A stretch of DNA of 64,000 nt from an uncultured delta proteobacterium (lineage in GTDB: Bacteria > Desulfobacterota > RBG-13-43-22), in assembly GCA_963790475.1 (NCBI GenBank), contig CAWBOS010000012.1, forward strand, positions 1,280,001 through 1,344,000, given 5' to 3'. Of this stretch, positions 61,866-64,000 are shown piece by piece (the stretch's first letter is position 1; each line of letters opens with the position of its first letter). A model generated the notes under the pieces. It was not told the origin of the DNA, did not search any database, and was given only the letters and a program-made list of their open reading frames with translations. Position numbers and translations under genes: made by a program.

Positions 61866-61956
61866 AGACCACCTCAAAGGTCAAAGGAAATTCCGTTTCC
61901 AAGAAAGAATTTGAAATTTCAGATTTGAAATCTGAAACCTAAAGAAGGAGAAAAAA

Positions 61957-62343
61957 ATGAACGACAAAAGACTTATCCTGGTAGTGGACGATGACCCGGA
62001 TCTGGTTGAAGCGGTTGCCTTGAAATTAGAAAGCGAAAATTTCCGGGTGAATAGGGCCTATGACGGTGTGGAAGCGATGGATCAGATCAAGAAGGAACGC
62101 CCGGCACTGGTCGTCCTCGACGTGATGATGCCCCGTAAAAACGGATACGAACTGTGTGAAGAACTGAAAAAATCGGATGAGTATAAGGGCATTGTAGTAC
62201 TCCTGCTCACCGCGGTAGGTGAGGCCGTGACTTCGACCAACTATACCCATTGGGACGGCAAAAATACCCTGGCCGACGATTATATCCAGAAACCGATCGA
62301 TCTCGAAAAGCTGATGGGAATTGTTAAAGATTATTTGGGATAG
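61957..62343 (+). CDS. Single-domain response regulator
   Basis: VVDDD, LDVMMP, TA, KP. Confidence 0.93.
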   Translation: MNDKRLILVVDDDPDLVEAVALKLESENFRVNRAYDGVEAMDQIKKERPALVVLDVMMPRKNGYELCEELKKSDEYKGIVVLLLTAVGEAVTSTNYTHWDGKNTLADDYIQKPIDLEKLMGIVKDYLG

Positions 62344-62459
62344 ACTCAGAACCAAGGTCCAGAGGATGGAGGGATGGGAAAAAGGAGGGGCCGAATCTTT
62401 CCCCTTTCTCCTCCATATCTTTTCTCCGGAGTGATGATTAAGTTCTGAAACATTTCATC

Positions 62460-62966
62460 ATGAATGCCAATGCCCCTGTCCAGAAATTTTCAATCGGCGG
62501 ACTCAAACTGAGCCTGGAACTTATCCAAATTCGTCTGTTTCCAGATGCCGGATTGCCGGTGACCGAGATGTTTCGCCGATTGGCGGATCAGCAGGTTAAT
62601 TTGATCGGGGTGATACTTGATGCCGTTGATGGTCAAATGACCGGCGTCTGTTATATTTCTGTTGAGGACCGGCAGGCAGCCGAACAGGCCCTTCAATCGT
62701 TTGAGGGGTTATATGAGCTTCAATCGCCGGTAGGGTTACTGACCATTTTTCCCCATCAATCGCGCTCGGAGCTTATGGGGCGCATATTCTCGGCACTGGG
62801 CCATGCGGGACTGCCGGTTTATGGTATCACCTCTTCCCTCTCATCCTTGACCATCACGACCGATTACCGCCGTTTGGATGATGCCGTTTCAACCGTCTGC
62901 CAGGTAGTGACTCTGCCGGACAACCACGCCCCGTTTCGCCCGGAGTTTCGCGTAAAACAACTTTAA
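62460..62966 (+). CDS. ACT-domain-like protein
   Basis: Tandem ACT-like beta-alpha patterns resembling aspartokinase regulatory domains. Confidence 0.55.
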   Translation: MNANAPVQKFSIGGLKLSLELIQIRLFPDAGLPVTEMFRRLADQQVNLIGVILDAVDGQMTGVCYISVEDRQAAEQALQSFEGLYELQSPVGLLTIFPHQSRSELMGRIFSALGHAGLPVYGITSSLSSLTITTDYRRLDDAVSTVCQVVTLPDNHAPFRPEFRVKQL

Positions 62967-63490
62967 TGGAAACCATCGCCTTTTACCGGGAATCGATTAT
63001 TAAAACCTACGGATTTGCCGAGCTAAGCGGCCTTTGCCTGGTTACTGTCGACCTCCCCTTCCATCAAATAGGTGATTGGGGGGACGGTTTATCGGATTTG
63101 CCTTCCCAATTCGGTGTTTCCTTAATATTACTGATCGCCCGACCTAAATCTGGAAATAGTCTTCGAATCCATATGGTCTTGGATGAAAGCCAAACCGGAC
63201 CATTGTTGATGAACACGCCTCAGCCTTTTTTCGCGACTAATCGGGGGCAGTTGCGGATTGAAAGGGAAATTGAACTGCTTTACTTCCAAGGCCCTCATTA
63301 TGGCGACCGATACGGAATTGCCAGTGCGGCCTTAACCGCTCTGTCCGCTTGTGATGTGCCGGTCTTGGCAATGACTTGCACGGGGGCTTCGGTTTTCTTG
63401 GTTACTTCCAAGGGGAAAACTCCCATGGCCCGAGAAGCCTTGGGACAGGCCTTTATGGTTCCCGAATCCGAAAAACGTGAAAGGTCATGA
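62966..63490 (+). CDS. ACT-domain-like hypothetical protein
   Basis: GPHYGDRYGIA..AL.AL followed by ACT-like strands; translationally coupled. Confidence 0.55.
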   Translation: METIAFYRESIIKTYGFAELSGLCLVTVDLPFHQIGDWGDGLSDLPSQFGVSLILLIARPKSGNSLRIHMVLDESQTGPLLMNTPQPFFATNRGQLRIEREIELLYFQGPHYGDRYGIASAALTALSACDVPVLAMTCTGASVFLVTSKGKTPMAREALGQAFMVPESEKRERS

Positions 63491-64000
63491 AGGATTTTCA
63501 ACTGCAACAGGAAATTGATTGGCGATTGCGGGTTTTTGACTCATTGTCCTTCCCGACGCTAATCCTGACTCCTGAACATACCATCATCGCGGTCAATCAA
63601 AAATTGCAAGAGACCTATGGGTTGTCTCGGGAGAAACTCATCGGAAAAACTTGTCGAGAATTTTTTAAGACCTTTGAGGGCAATCAAGACCTCCCTTGTG
63701 CCAAAAATTTTTGCCCCCTGGATGAAACGCTCAGGGATGGAATGGGACATTCCCTGTTGCGTCGCATCCAGCATAAAGATGGCAGTGAACATTGGGAAGA
63801 TCGGGTTTTTTCCCCTATTCTGGATGATGCAGGAGAGGTTCTCTATGTCATAGAATCCATAAGGGATGTCACCCGGTCAAAGGCCATGGAAAAAGATTTG
63901 CATGACATTCGAGAATTTCTCAACCGGGTTTTGCAAAGCTCGGCCAGTGCTATCGTGGCTGCCGACCGGGAGGGCCTTGTTTTGTTGATGAACCGGGCAG
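63487..64000 (+). CDS. PAS-domain sensor protein, N-terminal part (runs off window)
   Basis: Open frame from ATG 63487: N......G.SREKLIGKTC, SPILDDAGEV...IESIRDVT, second PAS start. Confidence 0.85.
   Translation, partial: MKDFQLQQEIDWRLRVFDSLSFPTLILTPEHTIIAVNQKLQETYGLSREKLIGKTCREFFKTFEGNQDLPCAKNFCPLDETLRDGMGHSLLRRIQHKDGSEHWEDRVFSPILDDAGEVLYVIESIRDVTRSKAMEKDLHDIREFLNRVLQSSASAIVAADREGLVLLMNRA

Noticed and set aside
60330-61877. Long minus-strand ORFs (301 and 185 aa)
   Set aside because: Antisense to well-supported metV and metF, with no motifs

Overview
Bacterial chromosomal window, most likely from an anaerobic Desulfobacterota (deltaproteobacterial) genome. This is inferred from the tmRNA tag ADNYDYALAA, NifSU, HdrA-MvhD-MetVF and a dnaA paralogue lacking dnaN. 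Most of it is housekeeping: manB/manC, nifSU, ssrA, a polysaccharide locus with galE and UpxY, purB, mfd, hsp20 x2, efp, pyrG-kdsA-kdsC-lptCAB-rpoN-hpf-ptsN-rapZ, an ECF sigma module and metF'-hdrA-mvhD-metV-metF. Accessory parts are a degenerate integron-cassette-like array at the left edge (one clear attC, a UDG-superfamily cassette), two inverted 1983-bp IS1634-family copies flanked by CTAG, an orphan cas5e remnant plus an IS-truncated BRO-N gene, and a vapBC pair. The most striking unexplained structure is a GxxExxY nuclease-fold gene framed by inverted GACAGGATT-type repeats and two internal hairpins. Three gene-less derivatives of that frame (197, 83 and 42 bp) lie elsewhere in the window, suggesting an autonomous/non-autonomous mobile element family. 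Degenerate 7-9-bp tandem repeats pervade the spacers and also sit in frame inside a DegT gene. dnaA, kdsA and lptA each carry a +1 frameshift, probably a sequencing error. All calls come from motif recognition by eye; no searches were run.
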